Positions 1-8,771 of a stretch of 64,000 nt of DNA are shown here, piece after piece. The stretch spans positions 1,399 through 65,398 of the forward strand of contig JAKPQQ010000242.1 of the NCBI GenBank assembly GCA_029557215.1. The letters are read 5' to 3'. Below the pieces are notes generated by a model. That model searched no databases and had not been told where the DNA came from. It saw only the letters and a program-made list of their open reading frames with translations. Both the position numbers and the translations under genes were made by a program. This DNA is from Fibrobacterota bacterium. Lineage in GTDB: Bacteria; Fibrobacterota; Fibrobacteria; UBA5070. The stretch's first letter is position 1. Each line of letters opens with the position of its first letter.

Positions 1-2
1 AG

Positions 3-131
3 CTTTCGGACGATGAACTGCCGGCCACGGGAGTGACGGCGGACTTCATCCGCCTCTCGATCGGGCTGGAAGCGGTGGAAGACCTGATCGCCGACCTGGA
101 CCAGGCGATCACCAGCGCGGCGGCAGCCTGA
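3..131 (+). CDS. 3' end of a PLP-dependent Cys/Met-metabolism enzyme (O-acetylhomoserine sulfhydrylase / cystathionine synthase-lyase family), cut by the window edge
   Basis: Hand translation of frame 3 gives [42 protein letters not shown]. This matches the conserved C-terminal RLS(I/V)G(L/I)E..eDLIaDL signature of the family. Stop TGA at 129-131. Confidence 0.45.
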   Translation, partial: LSDDELPATGVTADFIRLSIGLEAVEDLIADLDQAITSAAAA

Positions 132-1263
132 CGGTCCGAATGGACGATGCACCCCTTACCACGACGAATCCCGTCGTGGCGGGGACCTGGCTCCAGGGCA
201 CGAAGGCTCCGTGGAGCCCGGCCTTCCCCGACAGGATCCGACGCCCCGTGGCGTCCCGGATCTCCCATGCGCCCGTCCTTCCGGTCGCCGCGATGCGGAT
301 CCCCGAACGCTCGAAGACCACGTCGGAATCCGTCGGTCGCGCCCTCGGATCGATCCCGACGGATCCCGCCCCGGCGTAGTCCGCCGCACCGAGCACCAAC
401 GCCCGCGCGGTGGTGTCGAATCCGTCGGCTCCGGTGCAATTGGCGTCCTCGTAGGTCATGGCCATCACGTCCTCCCGGTGGTTGATCCACCAGAATCCCT
501 CGGGATACTGGGTTCCGGTCGCCTCCACCCAGCTCTGGATGAAGTCCCAGTCCTCGAACCACCCCTGTCGCGCGTGCGCCTGGACCCCGGCGATGAATTT
601 CTTCTCCAGTTCCACGAACGCGCTCGAAGTCCCCCCGACGTCGTGCATGAAGAAGAACCGCGTGCAGTTGAGCCGGTCGGAATGGAGATTCAACGCGACC
701 TCGACCGGAATCGTCCCCGCCATCATCTGCTCGAACCTGGCCTTGAGCGCCTTCGTCTCGGGTTGGAGCGCAGGCTTGTTCCAGTTGCTCTCCAGATCGA
801 TCCCGTTGGCGTTCCAGCGGGACAGACCCATTTCCACGCCGTCGGGGTTGTACATGGGCACGACATGGAACAGGAACTCCCTCCGCAAGCGACCCGCGAG
901 TTCGCCGGAATCCAGGAGGAACCGGATCGCTTCGTTGGCGATGCGCTGGGATTGGACCTCGGCGGGGTGCGTCCTGGCGTGGAACACGACCCGTTTTTTG
1001 GGGCCTTCGCGAAGCGGAACCGCACCCAGGCTGTCGGTCGAGTCGGAAATCGTCACCATCCAGATCGCGCGTCCCTGCAAGGTCGCCCCGATGGAATCCA
1101 GCCGGACATCGCGATGGTTCTTCCATTCCCGCAGATCCCGCAGGAGCGAATCGTAGCCGTAACCCCAGCCATCGGTGGAATCGGATGCGGCACGCGGCGA
1201 CGAGACAGCCGCACCGACGACCAAGGAGAGCACGACCGCCGCGATTCGGGACAAGGAGGGCAT
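109..1263 (-). CDS. Secreted M14-family zinc carboxypeptidase with a C-terminal beta-rich sorting-like tail
   Basis: 384-aa ORF with signal peptide [22 protein letters not shown]. It has an HxxE zinc motif (HARTHPAE), NPDG and a later LNLHSD His, as in M14 peptidases. The last ~70 aa ([15 protein letters not shown]...GFVVVRG...VRL) resemble T9SS/Por C-terminal domains. Confidence 0.8.
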   Translation of the reverse strand: MPSLSRIAAVVLSLVVGAAVSSPRAASDSTDGWGYGYDSLLRDLREWKNHRDVRLDSIGATLQGRAIWMVTISDSTDSLGAVPLREGPKKRVVFHARTHPAEVQSQRIANEAIRFLLDSGELAGRLRREFLFHVVPMYNPDGVEMGLSRWNANGIDLESNWNKPALQPETKALKARFEQMMAGTIPVEVALNLHSDRLNCTRFFFMHDVGGTSSAFVELEKKFIAGVQAHARQGWFEDWDFIQSWVEATGTQYPEGFWWINHREDVMAMTYEDANCTGADGFDTTARALVLGAADYAGAGSVGIDPRARPTDSDVVFERSGIRIAATGRTGAWEIRDATGRRILSGKAGLHGAFVPWSQVPATTGFVVVRGASSIRTVRLPPRW

Positions 1264-1300
1264 CCGTACAAACTACCCTTCGCGCACGTTCAAATCCCCG

Positions 1301-1735
1301 TCAATTCGGCCATTTCAGGACCCGCATGTCGATCCCGCTTCGCGTGTTGTAGACCGTGCAACCGGCGTCGTTGGTGGATTTTCCGTCCTCGATCCTTTCG
1401 CTGTCGAAGACGTCCACGGTGTCCCCGTTGCGGACATAGCGGGCCACCACCCAGTACTTCACGAAGCTGAGCCCCTTGACCTCGTCGCTCTGGGTCCCCT
1501 TGGCGGGCGACCAGGAATAGGGGATGCTTCGGTTGTCCCGAGGATCGAGCGAGATGATCACGGTGTCGAACCGCGATGGATCGGAATACCGCACCTGCAG
1601 GCTGCCCGAGGCGGGACGAGGCTGGTCGCGACAGGGGGTCCGGCTGGAATCGACCGTCGAACTCATGTCGCCGCAGGCGGCGAGGACCAGGGCGGTCGCC
1701 AGGATGGATCCGAATGGGATCTTGTTCAATGCCAT
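1301..1735 (-). CDS. Hypothetical lipoprotein (144 aa)
   Basis: The internal Met at 1735 gives MALNKIPFGSILATALVLAACGD with lipobox LAAC. The upstream part of the 340-aa ORF is Arg/Gly/Pro-rich shadow sequence. No family recognised. Confidence 0.55.
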   Translation of the reverse strand: MALNKIPFGSILATALVLAACGDMSSTVDSSRTPCRDQPRPASGSLQVRYSDPSRFDTVIISLDPRDNRSIPYSWSPAKGTQSDEVKGLSFVKYWVVARYVRNGDTVDVFDSERIEDGKSTNDAGCTVYNTRSGIDMRVLKWPN

Positions 1736-2223
1736 TGGATGGTCCATTCGAAGCGGAGTTTGCTGTGGTCGATCTGCTCGGAGGACACGTAGCGCACCCC
1801 GAGCCTCTGGTATCGGAGGAATCCGATCTCCAATCCCCCCCAGAACGCGGTTTCCCAGTCGGGCGAAAGATCGGTCCCGTAGTAGGAACCGAGGATGTTC
1901 TCCATCCCGAATCCCGGCAACACGGAAAGATCCTTGTTGCCCAACTGGTAGCGGATCCCGGTGACGAACCCGTAGCGGAGCAGCTTGACCTGGTTCCAGT
2001 AGTGCGGACGGATCTTGACCAGATCGACCTGGCGGTAAGGGTTGATCCAGAAATCCTCGCTGACCACCAGACCCTTGGCGTGGAACGACGGCCCGGCGAA
2101 CAGCGCGAAATCCGTTTCGGACGCGCGCATCCCGAGCCGGAATCCGACCGGTCCGGGATCCGACTTCGCCTGCGCCCCCGCGATGGCCAACAGTAGGAGA
2201 GATGCGATCCGTTTTGCGGTCAT
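1726..2223 (-). CDS. Small outer-membrane beta-barrel-like protein (hypothetical)
   Basis: Starting at MTAKRIASLLLLAIAGAQA gives a signal peptide. The body has an alternating beta-strand-like pattern and an aromatic C-terminus (RFEWTIQWH). Its 3' end overlaps the start of the lipoprotein gene by 10 nt, suggesting a two-gene operon. Confidence 0.5.
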   Translation of the reverse strand: MTAKRIASLLLLAIAGAQAKSDPGPVGFRLGMRASETDFALFAGPSFHAKGLVVSEDFWINPYRQVDLVKIRPHYWNQVKLLRYGFVTGIRYQLGNKDLSVLPGFGMENILGSYYGTDLSPDWETAFWGGLEIGFLRYQRLGVRYVSSEQIDHSKLRFEWTIQWH

Positions 2224-2372
2224 GCCGGCCTTCGCCTTTTCCGGGTCGCTCGCCGTCATCCACCGGACACGACGTCAAAACCCCGATACGGAAAAGAATA
2301 CCGTCAAAAACCGGCGCGCGCACCCCTTGGTGTGAGCGCCGTCACCCTCGGTCCCCGATGTGGAAGGAGCGG

Positions 2373-2870
2373 TCAGCTCCCGACCTCGATCCTCCCGTCC
2401 CGGATCCGGCAGGCGAACACCTTGAGCCTGGCGCCCGGCTCGTCGAGTCCGACCCCGTCGTCCAACCGGTAGGCCCGCTTGTGCAACGGACACATGACCA
2501 CCGCGTGGCCTTCCCGATCCCCCACGATTCCCTGGTGCATGACCGCCGCCGCCTTGTGCGGACAGACGTTTTGCACCGCCTTGACCACGGCCGACGAGAT
2601 GCGGAACACCGCGATCTGGCGATTTCCGACCAGGACGGCGGTTCCCGCCCCGATGCTCAGATCGTCCAACGCGCAGACGTCGCTCCAGGTCGTCGCGGTC
2701 TCCGTCGTCTGTTCCACGGATTGTTCAAGCATGGCATCACCTCCATCGGCATATGAAGCGTCGCTTTCGACGTCGGAACGGAACATGGAATCCTCCACCT
2801 CGATTTCGTGTTCGCGGTAGGGATCCTCCCAAGGATTTTCGGATCGGATCTCGATCAGGGCATGCTCCAT
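2373..2870 (-). CDS. nirD: Nitrite reductase [NAD(P)H] small subunit NirD with an acidic N-terminal extension
   Basis: Rieske-like NirD core (VCALDDL...NVCPHKAAAVMHQGIVG...VMCPLHKRAYRLDDG). The ATG lies 3 nt after the nirB stop and is preceded by GGAGG. Confidence 0.85.
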   Translation of the reverse strand: MEHALIEIRSENPWEDPYREHEIEVEDSMFRSDVESDASYADGGDAMLEQSVEQTTETATTWSDVCALDDLSIGAGTAVLVGNRQIAVFRISSAVVKAVQNVCPHKAAAVMHQGIVGDREGHAVVMCPLHKRAYRLDDGVGLDEPGARLKVFACRIRDGRIEVGS

Positions 2871-2873
2871 GGC

Positions 2874-5363
2874 TCACCTCCCCGCCGGGACGCGCTGGCC
2901 CCGTTCGCGCTCGAACCTGATCGAAGGGTTGGGACGAGGATCGTTCGCGAAGGACCGGAACCGCTTGAGGATCGAAGGATCCTCCAGGGCGACCTTCCAC
3001 TCGCACCGGAAGCCCTTGACCAGATCGTCCATCTGCGATTCGAGCTTCGAGCAGATCCCGAGCGAGTCTTCCAGGACCACCTTGCGCAGCTCGTCCACGC
3101 CGCCGATCTCCTCGATCCACACCGAGGTGCGCGTCAGGCGGTCGGCGGTGCGGATGTAGTGCATGAGCACCCGGTCGATCAAGGACAGGATCTGGTCGGT
3201 GGGCACGTCCTGCGCCAGGAGATCGGCGTGGCGGGGCTTCATGCCGCCGTTCCCGCACACGAACAGGTTCCAGCCTTTTTCCGTCGCGATCACCCCGATG
3301 TCCTTGCTCTGCGCCTCGGCGCATTCGCGCGCGCAACCCGATACGGCGAACTTCAGCTTGTGCGGAGCGCGGATCCCCTTGTAGCGTTCCTCGATGGCCA
3401 GCGCCAGGTGGGTGGAATCCTGCACCCCGAACCGGCACCAAGTGCTGCCCACGCAGGACTTCACCGTGCGCACCGACTTCGCGTAGGCGTGCCCCGATTC
3501 GAACCCGGCGTCCACGAGTTCCTTCCAGATCAGAGGCAGTTCCTCCAGCCGGGCTCCGAACAGGTCGATGCGCTGCCCACCGGTGATCTTGGTGTAGAGA
3601 TCGTACTTGGCGGCCACGTCGGCGATGACGCGCAAGGCCTGTGGAGTGATCTCGCCGGCGGGGATGCGCGGAACCACCGAATAGGTCCCGTTCTTCTGGA
3701 TGTTGGCCAGGAACCGGTCGTTGGAATCCTGCAAGGCGTCGCGACCACCCGAGATCACATGCCCGTTCCAGAGGCTCGCGAAGATGCTCGCCGCGACGGG
3801 CTTGCAGATCTCGCACCCCATCCCCCCTTTGCCATGGCTTTCCATCAGCGTCGCGAAATCGCGGATGCCTTCCTTCCAGGCGATGTCGAACAGTTCGGCC
3901 CGGGAGTGTTCGAAATGCGCGCAGATCCCCTTTGGCACCGCCACGCCCTTTTCCGCGAGACGCTTCTTGACGATTTCCGTCACCGCCTGGGCGCAACTTC
4001 CGCACCCTGTACAGGCGCGGGTGGACTTCTTGACGGCGGTGAGATCGGCGCAACCCGCGTCCACGGCGGCGACGATCCTGGAACGGCGGATGTTCTCGCA
4101 GTTGCAGACGATCGGATCGTCCGATCCGGCCGAACCGGATCCGGCCGGAGCCAGGAGGGACCTCGGATCCTCCGGAAGCGGATCGCCGGATTCCAGCGCG
4201 GCGGCGAGTTCGCCGAAGGGGCTCAGGTCGCCCACCAGCACGGCTCCGTGGAGCGCGCGGGTATCGGTCCTCCAGACCAGTTTCTGGTAGATTCCCTTGC
4301 GCGGATGGCTCACGACCAGATCTTCGAATCCATCGCCTTCCACCACCACGTCGCCGATCGATCCGACATCCACCCCCAGGAGCTTGAGTCGGGTGGCCGG
4401 CTTGTAGCCGGGGAACGGTTTGGAGGACCCGGCGATGTCGTTCGCTGCGGATTCCGCCATGCGATACCCGGGAGCCACCAGCCCGTGGACCATGCCGCGG
4501 TGCAAGGCGCACTCCCCGATCGCCCAGATGCCAGGGGCCGAGGTCCTCATGCGGTCGTCGACCTCGATCGCCCCGCGTTCGCCGACCTTGATCCCGGCGG
4601 ATCGGGCGAGTTCGTCGCGAGGACGGATGCCCGCGGAGGCCACGACGATCTGCGCCGGCACGACCGTGCCATCGGCCATGCGCAATCCCGAAACCGCTCC
4701 GTCGCCCACGATCGATTCGCTGCGGGCGTCCAGCAGGACCTTCACGCCCAGCGACTCGATGGAACGCCGCAGGAGCCCGGACGCGGCCTCGTCGAGCTGC
4801 CGGGCCATCAACCGCGAGGCGAATTCCACGACGGTGGTCTCCAGTCCCAGGTCCACCAGCGCCTTGGCGGCCTCCAGCCCCAGCAATCCGCCGCCGATCA
4901 CGACGGCCTGCTTGCAGGATGCGCCCCAGGCCTTGATCCGTTCCACGTCTTCGATGGTCCGGTACGCGAAGAACCCGGGAAGCTCGCGCCCCGGAAGCGG
5001 CGGCACGAACGGCGCCGAACCGGTCGCGAACACGATCTTGTCGGCCGACCATGTCCTGCCGGATTCCGTCGCCACGGACAGGTTCGCGGCGTCGACGGAG
5101 ACCACGCGGTCGCCGGTCACCAGCTCCACCTCGTTTTCCGCGTACCAACCCGGAGGCAGCATCGAGAGCTGGTCGGGTGACGATCCGGAAAACAGGGAGG
5201 ACAGGTGCACCCGATCGTAGGGAGCGCGGGATTCTTCGCCGATCACGGTGATCCGCGCCTGGGGAGCCAGTTCGCGCATCGTTTCGCAAAAGCGAGAGGC
5301 CACCATGCCTGCCCCGACGACCAGGATGCGAGGGCTTGGAACGAGAGGAGTATTGGAATCCAT
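2874..5363 (-). CDS. nirB: Nitrite reductase [NAD(P)H] large subunit NirB
   Basis: Starts MDSNTPLVPSPRILVVGAGMVASRF (FAD/NAD Rossmann fold). It has BFD-like CNCENI...CTGCGSC and siroheme/4Fe-4S sulfite-nitrite reductase motifs (SCVGSTWCRFG, SGCARECAEA). Start chosen at the internal Met at 5363. Confidence 0.92.
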   Translation of the reverse strand: MDSNTPLVPSPRILVVGAGMVASRFCETMRELAPQARITVIGEESRAPYDRVHLSSLFSGSSPDQLSMLPPGWYAENEVELVTGDRVVSVDAANLSVATESGRTWSADKIVFATGSAPFVPPLPGRELPGFFAYRTIEDVERIKAWGASCKQAVVIGGGLLGLEAAKALVDLGLETTVVEFASRLMARQLDEAASGLLRRSIESLGVKVLLDARSESIVGDGAVSGLRMADGTVVPAQIVVASAGIRPRDELARSAGIKVGERGAIEVDDRMRTSAPGIWAIGECALHRGMVHGLVAPGYRMAESAANDIAGSSKPFPGYKPATRLKLLGVDVGSIGDVVVEGDGFEDLVVSHPRKGIYQKLVWRTDTRALHGAVLVGDLSPFGELAAALESGDPLPEDPRSLLAPAGSGSAGSDDPIVCNCENIRRSRIVAAVDAGCADLTAVKKSTRACTGCGSCAQAVTEIVKKRLAEKGVAVPKGICAHFEHSRAELFDIAWKEGIRDFATLMESHGKGGMGCEICKPVAASIFASLWNGHVISGGRDALQDSNDRFLANIQKNGTYSVVPRIPAGEITPQALRVIADVAAKYDLYTKITGGQRIDLFGARLEELPLIWKELVDAGFESGHAYAKSVRTVKSCVGSTWCRFGVQDSTHLALAIEERYKGIRAPHKLKFAVSGCARECAEAQSKDIGVIATEKGWNLFVCGNGGMKPRHADLLAQDVPTDQILSLIDRVLMHYIRTADRLTRTSVWIEEIGGVDELRKVVLEDSLGICSKLESQMDDLVKGFRCEWKVALEDPSILKRFRSFANDPRPNPSIRFERERGQRVPAGR

Positions 5364-5513
5364 GTGCAACCACCACCGAAATTCGGTTCTGTGGGCGCCC
5401 ATGGTCCGGACGGGCCGGTTGCCGTTGGCGTTCTGCCTCATTGTTCACGCAAACTCCAGGCCAAGCATCGATTCCGGAATCGAACCCGAAGCGGCCTGTC
5501 GGATCCGCATTTG

Positions 5514-5534
5514 TGTCAATCGCAATTCGTGACA
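5514..5534. promoter_or_regulatory. Inverted repeat TGTCA-N11-TGACA followed by TTCC, in the nirB upstream gap
   Basis: Read directly: tgtcaatcgcaattcgtgacattcc. It lies in a locally AT-richer stretch of the 217-nt gap between the kinase stop (5581) and the nirB start (5363). It shares the TGACATTCC half with the site at 8688-8711. Confidence 0.35.
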
Positions 5535-5580
5535 TTCCAGATTTTGGCGAATCACCTTCGCCAAACACCCACGGCGTCGA

Positions 5581-7248
5581 TCAACGCGCCAGGAGGGCGA
5601 TCGCCTCGAGGATCGCCACCACCACCGCCAGCAGCGCGATTCCTTGCCACTGCCGGATCCGCGTCCGGGCATCGAACCTCTCGGAGGAGACCGCGTCTTC
5701 CACCCGCTCCCGTCGTTCGAGCAGGACTTCCAGTTCCGACACGACCTGGAACCGTTTTTCGGGATCGGGTTCGATGGCCTTCATCACGATGCTCTCCAGC
5801 CACGAAGGAATGTCGGGATTCCAGCGCGAAGGGGGCGGAGCCGCACCGAACCTGGGTCTGGAGAACGGTTCGATCTCCCCGTAGGGCAATCGGCGCGTCA
5901 AGCATTCGTAGAGAGTGACACCCAACGCGAAGATCTCCGTGCGCTCCTGGGCGACGGCTCCTTCGAACAGTTCCGGCGCCATGTACGAGGCTGTTCCCGG
6001 CACGCCTCCTCCGTCGGCGAAGGCGTCCACGCGGGCCACGCCGAGATCCGTCAACATGTGCCTGCCAGCCTCGTCCCTCAGGATGTTGTCGGGCTTCACG
6101 TCGCGATGCAGGACCCCTTGCCTGTGCAGGGCCCGCAGGGCCGATGCGACATCCAAGCCCAACCGGGTCGCCGCGTAGGCGTCCATGGCGCCGTCCCTCG
6201 ACAGGATCCGTCGCACCGGGACGCCGGAAGTCCACGGCATCGCGTAGTAGAGCCGCGTGCGGCGCCCGGGCCGCAGCGCCAGGACCGGCACCACGCCCGG
6301 ATGCGAGATCCTTCGCCCCAGCCACTCCTCGCGCAGGAATTCCGCTTTCTGCGATTCCTCCTCGACCGCCGCGGGCACCGGGATCTTCAGCACCACCCGC
6401 CGTTCCTCCTCGCGATCGTCGGCGAGCCACACGCTCGATGTCCGGCTCGAACCGATCCTGCGATGCAGACGGAATCCGTCGAATTCGTCGCCTTCCACCG
6501 GCGGTGGATCCACGGCTTCCAGCCGCGACGAATCGCCCAGCCACGAGGCCTCGGGATCGCCCACGTCGTCGATCCGCGCCAGCACCACCGTCGCGTCGTC
6601 GTCGTTTCCCCGTTCCCGCGCGGTCCGGACCAGGCGTTCGGCGAGATCGTCCAAGGCCCCGCCTCCGGCCAGGAGAGCCCCAAGCGAGGCGGGATCGAAC
6701 GACTTGTGGAATCCGTCCGTGCCCAGCACCACCCAATCGCCCGGCCGGACCTCCTCCCTGGCCAGCTGCGCCACGATCCCGTCGTCGAGCCCGATCGCGC
6801 GATGCAGGACCGATCGCAGATCGGGATCGTCCCAGACGTGGTCCACCGAGAGCTGCCTGGCCTCGCCGGAACGGACGAGCCACGCGCGACTGTCGCCCAC
6901 GTGGGCCAGGATCAGTTCGCGTCCGGCCACCGCGACCATCGTGAGGGTGCAGGCCGCCCCCGGATGATCCCGCCTGGCCAGACGATTCCTGTCGTCGAAC
7001 AGGTCCTTGAGGCAGCGGGCGCCGCTCCAGGTCTCGGGGCTGGAATACCATCCGCTCAGGATCCCTTTCACGGAGTCGCGGGCCAAGGCGCCACCACCAC
7101 GCCCCTTGCCCACTCCGTCGGCCACCGCCAACGCCACGCCCTTGGACCGCAGCGCGTCGTGTTCCGGCGTCGCGACCGCCGCGAAGTCCTGGTTTTCGCC
7201 TTTGGCCCCGGGAAGGCTCGCCTGGCCCACCGCGATGGACAGGGGCAT
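5581..7248 (-). CDS. Bifunctional PP2C-type phosphatase / Ser-Thr protein kinase with a C-terminal TM helix
   Basis: The N-terminal half has PP2C motifs (ALAVADGVG, HVGDSRAW, GTDGF, DDATVV). The C-terminal half has Hanks kinase motifs (VLKIP, HRDVKPDNIL, DLG, SYMAPE). The tail is hydrophobic (GIALLAVVVAILEAIALLA). The start is adjacent to the narK stop. Confidence 0.85.
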   Translation of the reverse strand: MPLSIAVGQASLPGAKGENQDFAAVATPEHDALRSKGVALAVADGVGKGRGGGALARDSVKGILSGWYSSPETWSGARCLKDLFDDRNRLARRDHPGAACTLTMVAVAGRELILAHVGDSRAWLVRSGEARQLSVDHVWDDPDLRSVLHRAIGLDDGIVAQLAREEVRPGDWVVLGTDGFHKSFDPASLGALLAGGGALDDLAERLVRTARERGNDDDATVVLARIDDVGDPEASWLGDSSRLEAVDPPPVEGDEFDGFRLHRRIGSSRTSSVWLADDREEERRVVLKIPVPAAVEEESQKAEFLREEWLGRRISHPGVVPVLALRPGRRTRLYYAMPWTSGVPVRRILSRDGAMDAYAATRLGLDVASALRALHRQGVLHRDVKPDNILRDEAGRHMLTDLGVARVDAFADGGGVPGTASYMAPELFEGAVAQERTEIFALGVTLYECLTRRLPYGEIEPFSRPRFGAAPPPSRWNPDIPSWLESIVMKAIEPDPEKRFQVVSELEVLLERRERVEDAVSSERFDARTRIRQWQGIALLAVVVAILEAIALLAR

Positions 7249-7249
7249 C

Positions 7250-8464
7250 CTAGATCCGAGCGGTCGTGTTCAGCGGAGACCCCCAGGTGCTGCGCCATCT
7301 GCGCTTGACTCCGAGCACACCCAGGAACGCGAGCACGGCGAGCCCCACGAACACGTAGAATCCCGTGGCGTAGGTACCGGTCACCTGCTTGGCCACGCCG
7401 AGGGAGGTCGCGAGATAGAACCCGCCGAGTCCGCCCGCCATGCCCACCAGGCCGGTGAGCAGACCGATCTCCTTGCGGAACCTCTGCGGAATCAGCTGGA
7501 AGACCGAGCCGTTTCCCATCCCCAGTCCCAGCATGCCCGTCACGAAGAACACCAACGTCAGCGCGATGTTCTGGGAAAAGACCGCGACCAGCGCCAAGGA
7601 CACCGCCACCACCAGGTAGATCGTTTGCAGGCTGCGGATCCCGCCGAACCTGTCGGCGACGCGTCCCCCGATCGGACGGGCGACGGAACCCGCCAGGACG
7701 CATCCGGCGGCCAGGTATCCGGCATGGACCGGGTCCACTCCGAATTGCGCGTTGAAGTAGATGACAAGACTTGCCGCGAGACCCGAAAACCCGCCGAAGG
7801 TCACCGAGTAGAATCCCATGAACCACCAGGTGTCCTTGTCCTTGAGGACCTTGCCGTACTGGCGCAGCGTCTTGGGCGGCGGCTGGTCCGGAGCGTCCTT
7901 GGCAAGCCACACGAACGCCAGCAAGGTGAGCAAGGCCGGGATCAGCGCGACGCCGAACACCGCGTTCCACCCCAGGTGCTTGGCCAGAAGCGGCGCGAAC
8001 AAGGCGGAAAACACCGTGCCCGAATTCCCAGCCCCGGCGATCCCCATCGCCAGCCCCTGCGCTTCGGGCGGATACCACCGCGACGCCAACGGCAGCGACA
8101 CGGCGAAGGAAGCCCCCGCGATGCCCAGGAACAATCCCAGCACGTGGACCTGCGACAACGTGTGGATGCCGCCGATCCATGCCCACGACAGCCCGCCGAT
8201 CACCAGAACCTGACCGACGATTCCTGTCGCCTTGGCGCCGATCCGATCGACGGCCATGCCCATGAAGAAGCGCGCGAAGGCCCCCGAAAGATACGGCAGC
8301 GCCACCATGAATCCCTTCTGGGAAGGATCCAGATCGAGATCCTTGGCGATCGCCACTCCCAGAGGCCCGAGCAGGACCCAGATCATGAACGAGATGTCGA
8401 AGTAGAGGAACGACGCGAAGAGAGTCGGGGGGTGTCCCGCTTTCATGAATTCCTTGATCTGCAT
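7250..8464 (-). CDS. narK: MFS nitrate/nitrite transporter (NarK/NasA-type)
   Basis: 404-aa polytopic MFS protein with NNP-family-like sequence (FFMGMAVDRIGAK, GNSGT, GLGMGNGSVFQLIPQRF). It sits in a nitrate-assimilation context. Confidence 0.9.
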   Translation of the reverse strand: MQIKEFMKAGHPPTLFASFLYFDISFMIWVLLGPLGVAIAKDLDLDPSQKGFMVALPYLSGAFARFFMGMAVDRIGAKATGIVGQVLVIGGLSWAWIGGIHTLSQVHVLGLFLGIAGASFAVSLPLASRWYPPEAQGLAMGIAGAGNSGTVFSALFAPLLAKHLGWNAVFGVALIPALLTLLAFVWLAKDAPDQPPPKTLRQYGKVLKDKDTWWFMGFYSVTFGGFSGLAASLVIYFNAQFGVDPVHAGYLAAGCVLAGSVARPIGGRVADRFGGIRSLQTIYLVVAVSLALVAVFSQNIALTLVFFVTGMLGLGMGNGSVFQLIPQRFRKEIGLLTGLVGMAGGLGGFYLATSLGVAKQVTGTYATGFYVFVGLAVLAFLGVLGVKRRWRSTWGSPLNTTARI

Positions 8465-8687
8465 GGCTGTGGTCCTCGGCTCGTGCGCTTGTCTGTTCGC
8501 TGGCTCGAGCCCGCTTGTGCCGTGGATCGATTCCCGGCATTCTGCGGTTCGAGCGACGCGGCGGACCGGACGGGCCGGAATTCCTCTTCGTCGACGGGCC
8601 TAGCGGCCCGAAGGAAGGCTCAAGCACAAGTCGCGCCAAAATCGAGCGGAACAACGGTTCCCGGGGTGCCGCCGCGAAGGTCCCTGG

Positions 8688-8711
8688 ATGTCAAGGATTG
8701 TCGTTTGACAT
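8688..8711. promoter_or_regulatory. Perfect inverted repeat ATGTCAA-N10-TTGACAT upstream of the narK operon
   Basis: Read directly: atgtcaaggattgtcgtttgacat, followed by tccgat. It lies ~225 nt upstream of the narK ATG and just downstream of the rrf2 stop. Confidence 0.4.
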
Positions 8712-8771
8712 TCCGATCTCGCCAGACGGTCGGCGACCCGAATCACGATTACCGCACCCGATGATCGCCTT

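Noticed and set aside
2737-5568. 943-aa (minus) and 790-aa (plus, 2808-5180) ORFs overlapping nirB
   Set aside because: They are extremely Arg/Gly/Pro/His-rich and have no recognisable motifs. They overlap an ORF with unmistakable NirB motifs. These are typical GC-driven shadow frames.
8465-8687. ANTAR-type dual-hairpin antiterminator target in the narK leader
   Set aside because: The small hairpins present (GGAAC-cgtt-GTTCC, CGGGCC-gcta-GGCCCG) have tetraloops rather than the paired hexaloops expected for ANTAR targets. No clear terminator U-tract follows them, and no ANTAR protein is encoded in the window.
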